Source: a virus
DNA: 64,000 nt
Reading direction: 5' to 3' (one strand)
Virus record (IMG/VR): IMGVR_UViG_3300028394_000053
Location: 1 to 64,000 of that record
The notes beneath the pieces were generated by a model. It made no database searches. It saw only the letters and a program-made list of their open reading frames with translations, and was not told where the DNA came from. A program made the translations under genes and the position numbers. Below, piece by piece: positions 1 through 9,384 of this stretch (the first letter of the stretch is position 1; every line of letters starts with the position of its first letter).

Positions 1-659
1 GACGTGGCTTCGGGACTGTCACTGTACCAGTGTCCATATTTCACATAGTCTTGATTTTTTTCACCAATAGTAAAATATAAATCTTTGTCAGGTCCAGTGG
101 CATGTGGGAATGCACGACCCAGAGTGACTACTCCAAGATCTTTTACATTATGTTCAATTAATTTTTTTACAAATGCCAATCTGTGTGCATACGGTTTGCG
201 ATTGTAACTGATAAACAGATATTTTGGATCAGTTAAAATTAACTCATCCTGCTGGTACGTTTCAAAATTATCTCTACACACGATAGCAAAAAAATTAAAA
301 TAAATTGTTGTGCTGTTAGCTGGAGCCCATTTGGGATTGGGAGTATCAAAGTTGCCCAGGAAGTAGGTGTGCTTTACTGACAGGCGTTCAATCATTTCTC
401 TTACAACCTGTTCATGATGTGGCAAAAAATAATCCACAGTAGATACCACAAACAGATTGTCAATGGGTCTAGCATCTGCAAGACATTGTTGCAGTTCTAC
501 ATCGTGTTCGGGATTTTCTCGCCAGGTGGTGTTGAATAACAAGTTGTTTTGATCAGGAAATCGTGCATCAATCTGACGTTGTATACTGGCAAGAATTTCT
601 TGTTCATACTTGCCATAAATCCAATGGTCTGGAAAAGTTTTAGATATCGTAGTGATCAT
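1..659 (-). CDS. Partial glycosyltransferase-like protein, truncated by the left window edge; paralog of 656-1708 and 56202-57266
   Basis: Not in the ORF track. Hand translation from ATG 659 (ATGA overlap with the upstream stop) gives MITTISKTFPDHWIYGKYEQ...KYLFISYNRKPYAHRLAFVKKL..., open to position 1. FISYNRKPYAHR matches FLFLNGRGRDHR of the neighbouring gene. Confidence 0.7.
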   Translation of the reverse strand, partial: MITTISKTFPDHWIYGKYEQEILASIQRQIDARFPDQNNLLFNTTWRENPEHDVELQQCLADARPIDNLFVVSTVDYFLPHHEQVVREMIERLSVKHTYFLGNFDTPNPKWAPANSTTIYFNFFAIVCRDNFETYQQDELILTDPKYLFISYNRKPYAHRLAFVKKLIEHNVKDLGVVTLGRAFPHATGPDKDLYFTIGEKNQDYVKYGHWYSDSPEAT

Positions 660-1708
660 TTAATAAAGTTCAAAAGCTTCTGGGGAAATTCTGCACGGAT
701 CTTGGGTCCAAGTTCGGCAAGCAGTGATTGATTGTATTTACATACATTATACGACTCTTGTACAAATTTAGCAAGATCTTGTTGACATAACCATTCTATT
801 TGGTGTATGAGTTTTGCCATTCTTTTAACATTGTCCATTTCTAGATCAAAACTTTCGTCAATCAGATCCCCAAAAGTTTTAAATCCCAAGTTGTGTAAGT
901 CACGATAGTAGCCAGCATTACTGGCCACAACAAACGGATGTCCAATTGCAATCGGCTTCCAGATTTTTTCTGTCCTGAAACTGTACGGATAATCGAATAC
1001 AGTTTCTGTCACTAGACTGAAATAACTGTCTGTATATGGTTGTGCATTGAGATATATTTCTCCCCAATTGTTATCGAACAATGAATATTTTACAAAACCC
1101 GACGGATCAATATCGAGATTGTGCCGATAAAACTCAAACTCGTGCTCTGGATCCAGTAGCTTGATTGGCCCAGCTGCCGAATCCAAGTTGCTCCAGATTG
1201 CTACATCAAGTAAAGGGTGTAGTCTAGCCAATAATTGTCTACGATGATCTCGCCCTCGACCATTTAAAAATAAAAATTTATAGGGTCTATCAGTACTCCA
1301 ACTTTTTTTGTACTGTGCAATGGCTTGTAAATTTTCATCGTAATCCAGGATCTTGGGTAAAAAGTTTTCATAGAACAGATGCGGAATGTGTTCGGGTAGA
1401 TCACCTCCGGAAATAATAATAATTTTTCCTTGTTGAACTAGTTCTAAAATTCCCAAAGCCTGTGCTTGTTTGAACATGGTGTCAGAGCCTTCGGCAGGAT
1501 TACCCAGCACCGGTAGTATGATTTGATCTTGGGCCAGCTGTTTTATTTTTACAATGTTCTCAGCAAACTGCTGACGACTGATAATATATACTGCCCCTGC
1601 ACAAATTTCGTGTTCGGCAAAATTCCAAAAATATCCATCTTGGAAATTTTGCGTAAATTCTTTTACTTCACAAAATTCATCTACAATAAGTTTACGATTG
1701 CCGAGCAT
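656..1708 (-). CDS. Putative GT-B-fold (GT10-like) glycosyltransferase
   Basis: Motifs FLFLNGRGRDHR and FSLVTET...TEKIWKPIAIGHPFVV...LGFKTF...DESFD resemble the GT10-like 'TEK' motif. Start moved to MLGNRK (1708) to reduce overlap with the upstream gene. Confidence 0.6.
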   Translation of the reverse strand: MLGNRKLIVDEFCEVKEFTQNFQDGYFWNFAEHEICAGAVYIISRQQFAENIVKIKQLAQDQIILPVLGNPAEGSDTMFKQAQALGILELVQQGKIIIISGGDLPEHIPHLFYENFLPKILDYDENLQAIAQYKKSWSTDRPYKFLFLNGRGRDHRRQLLARLHPLLDVAIWSNLDSAAGPIKLLDPEHEFEFYRHNLDIDPSGFVKYSLFDNNWGEIYLNAQPYTDSYFSLVTETVFDYPYSFRTEKIWKPIAIGHPFVVASNAGYYRDLHNLGFKTFGDLIDESFDLEMDNVKRMAKLIHQIEWLCQQDLAKFVQESYNVCKYNQSLLAELGPKIRAEFPQKLLNFIK

Positions 1709-3629
1709 GATACTCGCATTCTGACCACCATGCACGCATTTCCGGAAAGGTCTTCAAGAAGTTGGTGCCGTGTCTACGATCAGCTTCCGTGAAGAATCTA
1801 TAAAAGTCTGCCTTGTTCTGTTGTATATACACAGGATCTAGCTGTTGTCCAGCTCGCATCCAGGCAATGTCTCGATCCAGTCTGGACAGTTCATAATCTT
1901 TAAATCCATGGAATCTTGTGTCAGGAGTTTCTGCTTGAGTCAACATCCAGGCCCACAACTGTTCCAGTTGATCACAATAGCTTTCGGGCAACAGTTGTAG
2001 ACTTTGCCAATGTGGCTGTCTTAGAACTGGAGTATCAAACCACACACGCTGGTAAGTTGTGCTGTAAAGCTGTCTGAGGCCCAAGATGCCAGACATCAAA
2101 CTGCTGAGTCCAGTCACTGAAAGATTGTTCATGGTCACAATAAATGTCACGCTGTTGCGATAGGGTATTTCAGTTAGGAATTGATTTACTCGATCCCATA
2201 AGAGATCGAAGTCCAGTCCGTGTCTGATGTATTCAGCTTGGGTGCCCCATGAGTCCAAACTTATGTACTGCATGAAGTGTTCGATCTGTTCACCTTCACA
2301 CAACTGTTTCACATAGCCTTTGTATTTTTGCCACAACTTTTCATCTACGCTAAAGTTGCTAGTCACATTTAAATGCAGGTTGGGTTTGGGATTGGCCAGC
2401 ACATAGTCAAACACTCTATAGGTATTTTTATCTAGTAAAGGTTCTCCACCGGTCATACGGAAGTGTTCAAGTTCAGGATATAGTGTGGGCCACCAAGCCC
2501 AAAATGCTTCTACGTAAGGATTGTGGTCGCGAACTGGAATAGGCCTGTTGCGACCAACAAAGTGACTAGGATCATTGTGTCTAGTGCTAGTAGGGTAAGC
2601 GCCATGCTGATCCATTTCTTGTTGCCAAGTTGAACTAAATTGAGGACTACAGTAGCTACATGCCAGATTACAAGCATGATTAAAATTGACTTCAACATAG
2701 CTAGGTATGACATCATCGTTCCATTCTCCACTAACAATTTTTCCAAAGTCTCGAGCAGCCCAAGACTCACCTGAACGATAATGTCTATCACTCAGTTTAC
2801 CGGCATCTTCCATGGTCCAGCAGTAGCTACATTCACTGGGACGTTTGCCATCGAGCATTAGTTTACGTTGTTCTTTTTTATATGCTGTATTATGTAATCC
2901 ACTGGGACTACGCTGTATATCTTCTAATTGTATCGTATGCAACGGCGGATGATAGCATGAGTTATTGAGACCAGTAGCCAGGTGCAAACTCACTTGTTTC
3001 CACTTGGCTAGACACATGCTTGGACTTACCTTGTCCAAGCGTTGTTTCATTGTTTCGGCATCGTCAAGAAATTTACTTTTAAATCCTTCCACGATCTTAT
3101 CGCCCGCTATATTTGATAAATCATGTGGCATGAATTCTGCGACTGCTTGATCGTATTCTGATGATTGGATACTGTCAAGTTCGCCTTGCATGATTTTAGA
3201 AAAATCACTATCATCGGCAAGATCAACCACGACTGTGGATCCGGTGATATCCATTGGATATTCTGTATAATATTTTTTATGGTATGACCAATGTGCTTTA
3301 GCATGTTCAAGTTTGTCGGGCATGTTTTTGTCTCGATGCTGGTCTGCTAGATACCATTCTCTACGTAAACTTTGCACAAGGTCTGCTTGTATGACAACAA
3401 TTTCTGTTTGATTTGGAAAAAGTGTTTTAAGCAAAGGAACATTGACACAATGCGTCAATATCAATTCTTGGTCAGCAAGTCCAATAGAACTGTGGTCTAA
3501 ATAACGATATTTAAAATCTTGATTTTTTAATAAATGATCATAAGTGACGTTGCTATCAAATGTGCGTTGGCCTTGACAATAGTGATGGTAGCGGTTGCCA
3601 CCGGCACCAGGATAAAAAGCAATAATCAT
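1692..3629 (-). CDS. Radical SAM protein with a twitch/SPASM-like Cys cluster and an extra ~165-aa N-terminal domain
   Basis: CNLACSYC (CxxxCxxC), TGGEPLL, and additional Cys in CLAKW..SCYH..CSYCW. The N-terminal segment begins MIIAFYPGAGGN. Confidence 0.85.
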   Translation of the reverse strand: MIIAFYPGAGGNRYHHYCQGQRTFDSNVTYDHLLKNQDFKYRYLDHSSIGLADQELILTHCVNVPLLKTLFPNQTEIVVIQADLVQSLRREWYLADQHRDKNMPDKLEHAKAHWSYHKKYYTEYPMDITGSTVVVDLADDSDFSKIMQGELDSIQSSEYDQAVAEFMPHDLSNIAGDKIVEGFKSKFLDDAETMKQRLDKVSPSMCLAKWKQVSLHLATGLNNSCYHPPLHTIQLEDIQRSPSGLHNTAYKKEQRKLMLDGKRPSECSYCWTMEDAGKLSDRHYRSGESWAARDFGKIVSGEWNDDVIPSYVEVNFNHACNLACSYCSPQFSSTWQQEMDQHGAYPTSTRHNDPSHFVGRNRPIPVRDHNPYVEAFWAWWPTLYPELEHFRMTGGEPLLDKNTYRVFDYVLANPKPNLHLNVTSNFSVDEKLWQKYKGYVKQLCEGEQIEHFMQYISLDSWGTQAEYIRHGLDFDLLWDRVNQFLTEIPYRNSVTFIVTMNNLSVTGLSSLMSGILGLRQLYSTTYQRVWFDTPVLRQPHWQSLQLLPESYCDQLEQLWAWMLTQAETPDTRFHGFKDYELSRLDRDIAWMRAGQQLDPVYIQQNKADFYRFFTEADRRHGTNFLKTFPEMRAWWSECEYHARQS

Positions 3630-3634
3630 AGTTT

Positions 3635-3663
3635 ATTATACAGTATTTGTCTTGTTAAATCAA
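3635..3663 (-). promoter_or_regulatory. Sigma70-type promoter, probably giving a leaderless mRNA
   Basis: TTGATT-17 nt-TATAAT, then 5 nt to ATG 3629; no Shine-Dalgarno (SD). Confidence 0.6.
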
Positions 3664-3742
3664 CTGAATTTTAAATCAGATAGCAATAGTTTTTCTTTTG
3701 GTATTGAACAATTTGACAGTTGCAGCACAGGACCAGGTCAAA

Positions 3743-4669
3743 TTACCAACCTTCCTGACTTCTAATCACATCAATCTCACGTGTCATGACTCCGCGGTTG
3801 TGCCAATTGCTACGATAGTGATGCTTAAAGAACCTGCTGGCCTGTGCGTCTATCACGGTCATGGGCAAGTCCAATTGTTTGTATAGGTCTTCAGCCACAC
3901 GACCCAGTATTATTTCAGGATTGTGTCCGTCTACCGTTTTATATATTTCAGCAAGAGCATCAAAATCCTGTACCAGGCAATGATCCCATTCAGTCAACAT
4001 GGTCATGTAAGTGCCCATTCTGCTGCCGGCTATTGCCCAGATGCCATGTTCTACGTCACGTCCTACGTTGTGCCAAATGGTCAAATGATCTAGATTTCTA
4101 TGATGCACTCGTGTCTTGAACTCGGCAAGACTTGGTCGAGCTCCTTGATTGAGACACATTTTGACTCCTTCTCTGAAGCCCGCACGCCAAGCATGGAATG
4201 CTGATCCATTGGGGTATGTTGTGCTATAACAATCGTGCATGGCCCAGTATAACGGATCAAAACAAAACTCTACTTCGGTAGCCACACGACCATCCGTGGC
4301 TTCGTGTGTTTTCATTTCATTGGCAAATGTTCTAGTCCATGAACTTAATCCACCATTGCCGTACATAAGCCCATTGACATGATTACGGGCACGCCAGCGA
4401 AACACAGCACTTTCCCATTGGGCGTCAGGTAACTCTAGAGTGAGATTAAAAAACTTTTCTTCTGGCAAGTTGTCACCATCAATTAGAACAAAACGTTCAG
4501 TGGTACTTGCGGCCGCAGCTGCCTTGTGTGCAGCATCCGATCCTTTAACTCCATCAACTCTGAGAGCCCAAGGAATCATGTTACGGATTTTGACCCAGAA
4601 CTCTTCACGTTCGGGTTCATCATATGTTAGGTAGATACAATCTAGATCAGCTATGTCAATTTTTTTCAT
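3743..4669 (-). CDS. Putative GT-A-fold (GT2-like) glycosyltransferase
   Basis: FVLIDGDN DxD motif after HKAAAAAS; lies in an operon with two other GT-like genes. Confidence 0.6.
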   Translation of the reverse strand: MKKIDIADLDCIYLTYDEPEREEFWVKIRNMIPWALRVDGVKGSDAAHKAAAAASTTERFVLIDGDNLPEEKFFNLTLELPDAQWESAVFRWRARNHVNGLMYGNGGLSSWTRTFANEMKTHEATDGRVATEVEFCFDPLYWAMHDCYSTTYPNGSAFHAWRAGFREGVKMCLNQGARPSLAEFKTRVHHRNLDHLTIWHNVGRDVEHGIWAIAGSRMGTYMTMLTEWDHCLVQDFDALAEIYKTVDGHNPEIILGRVAEDLYKQLDLPMTVIDAQASRFFKHHYRSNWHNRGVMTREIDVIRSQEGW

Positions 4670-5015
4670 AAGTTTTTAAATTCCATTTGGTACAAGGTTC
4701 AGTGTCATCGACTACTATGCATACAGTATCAGGATGGCAACATGTGCCCGATTCCAAATCAGGCATTAATTTTTTTATATAAACAGGCTGTTTAATTTTT
4801 ACAATTTTACCGTCAACAACACGGATATTCATGTCTGCTACAACGTAACTGGCACCATCTAGATCAATATAATTACCTGGAAGATCTTGATCCACGTAAA
4901 ATAATGGCATGCCGTTGTCATCGTAATAGAGTCGTTGAATGGGTGGCTTGTATTCCACAGGTGTAGCCTGCCAGTCCTGGAACGCCTGCCAAAAGTTTTT
5001 TGTAGTATCATCCAT
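4656..5015 (-). CDS. Hypothetical protein in the GT operon
   Basis: Overlaps both neighbours; ATG at 5015. Confidence 0.6.
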   Translation of the reverse strand: MDDTTKNFWQAFQDWQATPVEYKPPIQRLYYDDNGMPLFYVDQDLPGNYIDLDGASYVVADMNIRVVDGKIVKIKQPVYIKKLMPDLESGTCCHPDTVCIVVDDTEPCTKWNLKTYEKN

Positions 5016-5793
5016 CAGCACGCCAAGTCTTTGTGTTGTAGTGTATTACTCCCCATTGTGCCACTGTCTGTATCCTAAGGTTGGGATATTCCCATACTAA
5101 TTCTTTAGTCCAATCCGGTGTTTGCGTTGGTATTATGTGTTGTTTCATGTGAGTTATTGTAGGACCAAGTCCCGAAGGCAATGTAACAAGGTCTGGCCCC
5201 ATTAAGATTGCGGCCATAGCATATACCACATCTGTGGACGGTTCTGCATCGGGCATTAAGAGACAGCGTTGATAGTCAGACCAATTTTCAAATATGCTTC
5301 TTACTAGATCAAAAAAATCTCTTGCTGTTTTACTCAGGCGCCAATAAGTGATAGCATTGTAAACATCTGGAAGATGATTGCGATCAAATAGTTGTCTGTA
5401 AAATCTGGATCGAGCAGGCTGATCATAAATGTCTCTACAGCCTTGACTAATCACCACATCACGCCGTTCAAACAAGGTCCACCAATGATCAACGGGACTT
5501 GCAACAATCATGTCAGCTTCTAGTTTGATAGTTTGTCTAAATGGACTAGCTTCAAACACCTGCCAGTCGTTGCATTGTTTGTTTTCTGTGGCGCTTTGAT
5601 CACCATGTGGCAAAGGAATCACATGATTAAATACTGGATCACTTAATCGTCGTGTTGTAACAGCGGCAATTTGTGCATCAGGATGAAACTCACGGATACT
5701 ACGAGCCAGCTGGACAGCACAGGCCAGATAGTCTGTTGTAGCATTATCAATGGCTGGTATTAGATAGCCACGTTCAGCAAGTACTGGCAACAA
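5008..5793 (-). CDS. Putative GT8-like nucleotide-diphospho-sugar transferase
   Basis: DYLACAVQLARSI and SPFRQTIKLEADM (ExD variant of DxD); paralog of 5774-6577. Confidence 0.6.
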   Translation of the reverse strand: MLPVLAERGYLIPAIDNATTDYLACAVQLARSIREFHPDAQIAAVTTRRLSDPVFNHVIPLPHGDQSATENKQCNDWQVFEASPFRQTIKLEADMIVASPVDHWWTLFERRDVVISQGCRDIYDQPARSRFYRQLFDRNHLPDVYNAITYWRLSKTARDFFDLVRSIFENWSDYQRCLLMPDAEPSTDVVYAMAAILMGPDLVTLPSGLGPTITHMKQHIIPTQTPDWTKELVWEYPNLRIQTVAQWGVIHYNTKTWRADG

Positions 5794-6577
5794 TGTCTCC
5801 TAGATGTCGTTTGCCCATGGCATGAAAGTCTTGATTTAATGTGATATACCGTGACTGACCCGACACAGTCCGATAGTCTACTCGATAGTGTTTGTTGATT
5901 AACTGTGTCAGTTGTGCATCTGGAGTAACTGTGGCCAGTCCCCATGGAATGCTAGGCCAATCTAGTACCTGCCCATTTACAAGCAGTTGAGCGATGGTCA
6001 ATGCATAATCATTCCTGTAGGTGGCATCAGATACGCCATACAAGCGTCTATAATGGGTCCAGTTGTCTCTTATCATTTGCATAGCATCAAATATCAATTC
6101 AGAGGTTTGACTGCGGTTGAAACGCATTACAGTGGCCCATGACATGGGCATGCGATATCGTCCAAACCAGTTGTCCTGTGCAAATGTGTCACCTCCGGTA
6201 ACATCATATGCATGATCATGTGCCAAGAAATCTATATCAACATCGAACAATACTTTTAATTGATCACTTGCTACCACATAGTCTGCATCCAAGACCAGGG
6301 TCTGATCCCATGGACTCACGGCATAGGCTGTCATGCGATCATGATTGTACCATGTCACGCTGTCGCCAAAGTCGGTAAAGTATCTGGAATTGTTTCCTTG
6401 CTTGTCAGCGTGTATGACTTGATCGAATTGGTATGTGCCAGGTAAATCAACAACGTCAGTAACAACACAGACCGGGAGACCCAAATGACGATGTATATTC
6501 TTAGTACTCCAGGCTGCCAAGGCCACATAGTCGATCAGTTTGTTGGCGTAGGCAAATATTACAACTCCTTGTGTCAT
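5774..6577 (-). CDS. Putative GT8-like nucleotide-diphospho-sugar transferase
   Basis: DYVALAAW, SPWDQTLVLDADY (DxD), YRNDYA. Confidence 0.65.
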   Translation of the reverse strand: MTQGVVIFAYANKLIDYVALAAWSTKNIHRHLGLPVCVVTDVVDLPGTYQFDQVIHADKQGNNSRYFTDFGDSVTWYNHDRMTAYAVSPWDQTLVLDADYVVASDQLKVLFDVDIDFLAHDHAYDVTGGDTFAQDNWFGRYRMPMSWATVMRFNRSQTSELIFDAMQMIRDNWTHYRRLYGVSDATYRNDYALTIAQLLVNGQVLDWPSIPWGLATVTPDAQLTQLINKHYRVDYRTVSGQSRYITLNQDFHAMGKRHLGDIVASTC

Positions 6578-6888
6578 CTGTTTTTGTTTAGTTCGTCGTG
6601 TTCAATCAACCAGGCTGTCATTTGTTCTTGCCAGCGTTGTTGTGCCAATGTTAGTAGTTCTCGATAATCTACTCTAACAGGTGTATCGTACAAGTCAAGA
6701 AGAACCAAGCCTTGTTGGCCCGTTTCCACGGACGCTGTTAATGTATTGATAAGTTCAGGACCAGCTGACCACATTCCACCGTTATAGGCAAAGGTCAGTT
6801 TGGCTTGATATTTTTCTTTAAGTACACGTCGAGACTGAGCATGTTCAAATCTAGCACGGCCATGTTCTACTAGTTGATTGGTATCCAT
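6574..6888 (-). CDS. Hypothetical protein, first gene of the GT operon
   Basis: 104-aa ORF with ATGA coupling to the next gene and its own promoter. Confidence 0.7.
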   Translation of the reverse strand: MDTNQLVEHGRARFEHAQSRRVLKEKYQAKLTFAYNGGMWSAGPELINTLTASVETGQQGLVLLDLYDTPVRVDYRELLTLAQQRWQEQMTAWLIEHDELNKNR

Positions 6889-6894
6889 AATTGT

Positions 6895-6923
6895 ATTATA
6901 CTACAAAATACGTTGGAAGTCTA
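6895..6923 (-). promoter_or_regulatory. Sigma70-type promoter, probably giving a leaderless mRNA
   Basis: TAGACT-17 nt-TATAAT, then 6 nt to ATG 6888; no SD. Confidence 0.65.
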
Positions 6924-6960
6924 CTGTTGTTGTGCCAATTTGGTTAGGTGGTAGTAGCGG

Positions 6961-7917
6961 CTACAGTGTAGCGGCTACAGTTGGTGTGCCCCAGCTATTG
7001 GACAAGTATGTGGTTTCTGGTGGGAAATAGGTGCAAATTGTGCATGGTGCTGTGCCAGGTGTGGCACCACTTGCAGCTGTACCGCCCGTGATGTTGTTGG
7101 TTTGTCCGGCTCCGCCTACGGCTGGTTGTACCCAATTGGCGGTAAACCGTATCACACTTGCGCTTAAATTGTATGCCTGCACTTGGATATATGAAGTAGT
7201 GTATGCTCCACCTATGTACTGTAGGAATATTTCTTGATTGCTTCCAGTCAACTGTGCAGCACCAATACTGGTGGCCAACGTGGTTGGGGTTCCCGAGCCG
7301 GCAATTTTATTAGTTCCTTGATAGGAGACACCGGCGATGGTTTTGCTTGTACTGGTTCCAGTGAACGACAATGTTCCGCAGGCTGTGGCAAAAGCATTCC
7401 AGTCTGGATCAATGTCAGTGCCGGTACTGGTTTTGCTGAACTGTAAACGGATTATGCCGCCTGCTCCAAAAAAGTAATCTTTGGTAGTACTGCTAGAGAA
7501 GGCCACATCATTGACAAATGCAATTGACCAAGCATTTGTACCTGCGCCAGTTGCTGAGGTCTTGCTGTTGGTACCGGTCCATCCAGTGTATTGGCTACCC
7601 GAGGCATAGGCATTCAGCCTGTTGTTGTAGCAGTTGGTAATGTCGGTATTTACTGCGGCCAGAATTGATATGGTAGTACCTGCAGTTGGTGCGGCTCTAC
7701 TAGTGATAACAGTAGGTTGATGACTGCCCATACTTGTGATAGTGTTTACTAGAGTAGCCCATTGTGTTGCTGTTATGCTACCAGCAGCACTTACTGTGCT
7801 TATTGCTGTTTGACCGTAGGTTGAGTTCCAGGTGGCATTTACATTGGCACCAGCTGTGGTGCTGACAAACCCATTATAATCTGTTGCTACAATAGTGCTA
7901 CCGGCTGTATATGTCAT
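6961..7917 (-). CDS. Putative virion structural / tail-fibre-associated protein
   Basis: 318 aa, rich in Thr/Ser/Gly/Ala with beta-strand character; at the end of the tail operon. Confidence 0.55.
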   Translation of the reverse strand: MTYTAGSTIVATDYNGFVSTTAGANVNATWNSTYGQTAISTVSAAGSITATQWATLVNTITSMGSHQPTVITSRAAPTAGTTISILAAVNTDITNCYNNRLNAYASGSQYTGWTGTNSKTSATGAGTNAWSIAFVNDVAFSSSTTKDYFFGAGGIIRLQFSKTSTGTDIDPDWNAFATACGTLSFTGTSTSKTIAGVSYQGTNKIAGSGTPTTLATSIGAAQLTGSNQEIFLQYIGGAYTTSYIQVQAYNLSASVIRFTANWVQPAVGGAGQTNNITGGTAASGATPGTAPCTICTYFPPETTYLSNSWGTPTVAATL

Positions 7918-7935
7918 TTTTTATTAATTCCAACT

Positions 7936-9336
7936 TTATTTAATTGTTACAATAGCTTCAACCATGCCCACACCTGAATCTAATTTGTCCACAAGTGCTC
8001 GGCCAATTGTGTTGAACGCTGTGGCTTCTCCAGGATTGGCAGATCTTGCAACGCCATGTCCGGCACTGACCAATCGATCGCCTTTGTGTATAACACCAGT
8101 ACATTGTACAGGAACTCGGCCGGTCATTGCAACCGGAGGATGAGTCAAATCAGATCCAGCACCACTATTCATTAAATATGCTGCTCGTGTACTTATGACA
8201 CCGAACACAGAGTCGCTTAATTCTGTTGTGGATCTTGTAATTTCTGCCGATCCGCCCAATTCAACCACGGTACCAGGTTCATACTCAGCATCTGCAGAAA
8301 ATCGTTCTGCAACGTCAGCGTATAAGGCCGTAGTGGAAGTACCAGCGAATGTGTTTGCAAACACAGTGTTAAAATAAGATGTGCTATTACCAATATTGCC
8401 CGAGATATTGCCGCTGGCATTAGTAATACTTGAAATTCGTAATGTATTTCCAGTAATATTACCAGTTCCACTTACAACACCTGCACCAAATAGCACATTA
8501 CCACCAGTTATGTTACCAGTAGCAGATACTATTGAAGTGGTATTGACGGTACCAGTGACACTGATGTTCATGCTGTTGCCACTACCCATAAAGGTAGCTA
8601 CGTTGGCATTACCGTATACTCCAGTCAATTGACTACCATTACCCAAGAATACGTTGGCGCTGACGTTGCCTTGTACGCTTACACCTACATTGCCTTGTCC
8701 CCAGTATGATGGAACACTAGCACCGCCCACACCGTTTGAAACATTGGCCAATTGTAGTCCAGGATTGACGTTGGCAAAACCTGGAATGGTTGTTTGAGGT
8801 GTAAATACTGTGTCTTCACTGATGATACCGACTACATTATTATTGACCACTAACTCTATCACTTTATGAGTTACACTAATACTATCAGTTATCACATTGG
8901 CAAAGGCACCGGTTACACCTGTACCTGCACTAAATTGTGGACCTACCAACAACCAGGTAGCACCAGTCCAGATGTTTACCTGTTGATTTACAGTGTCATA
9001 CCAAAGATCGCCAGTGGTACTATAAACTGATGTGCTAGGAGTTGAGTTTGCTACGACCAAGGCAGCAAGCGATTTCCAGGCCGAACCCATATAAACAGAA
9101 AGTTGCCCAGCGTTTGGAGTATTGTTCCACCAAAGTTGTCCAGTTATTGGAGCAGGTGGTGCCGTATTGAAAGAAGAATTTTCTAACATTCTCATGAAGT
9201 TAGTGTCTAAGAATGCTCCATATCCAGCGTAATTTTTACCTACCAATGTTACAGCTGGATTGGCAGAAGTGTTGATTGTACCGTCTGCTATAGTTGCAAA
9301 TATGGTTCCATCTGTTAGGGTTATTGTATATGACAT
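7936..9336 (-). CDS. Tail fibre/baseplate protein with a C-terminal intramolecular-chaperone (peptidase G2/S74-like) domain
   Basis: N-terminal LVGKNYAGYG...GQLWW / GDLWYD motifs, central GN repeats, C-terminal YADVAERF..EYEPGTVVELGG..PPVAMTGRVPV..KGDRLVS. Confidence 0.65.
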   Translation of the reverse strand: MSYTITLTDGTIFATIADGTINTSANPAVTLVGKNYAGYGAFLDTNFMRMLENSSFNTAPPAPITGQLWWNNTPNAGQLSVYMGSAWKSLAALVVANSTPSTSVYSTTGDLWYDTVNQQVNIWTGATWLLVGPQFSAGTGVTGAFANVITDSISVTHKVIELVVNNNVVGIISEDTVFTPQTTIPGFANVNPGLQLANVSNGVGGASVPSYWGQGNVGVSVQGNVSANVFLGNGSQLTGVYGNANVATFMGSGNSMNISVTGTVNTTSIVSATGNITGGNVLFGAGVVSGTGNITGNTLRISSITNASGNISGNIGNSTSYFNTVFANTFAGTSTTALYADVAERFSADAEYEPGTVVELGGSAEITRSTTELSDSVFGVISTRAAYLMNSGAGSDLTHPPVAMTGRVPVQCTGVIHKGDRLVSAGHGVARSANPGEATAFNTIGRALVDKLDSGVGMVEAIVTIK

Positions 9337-9384
9337 TTGTTTATTCGATCCCGTTATATTTATTATTCTGTAGCATAAGCATAT

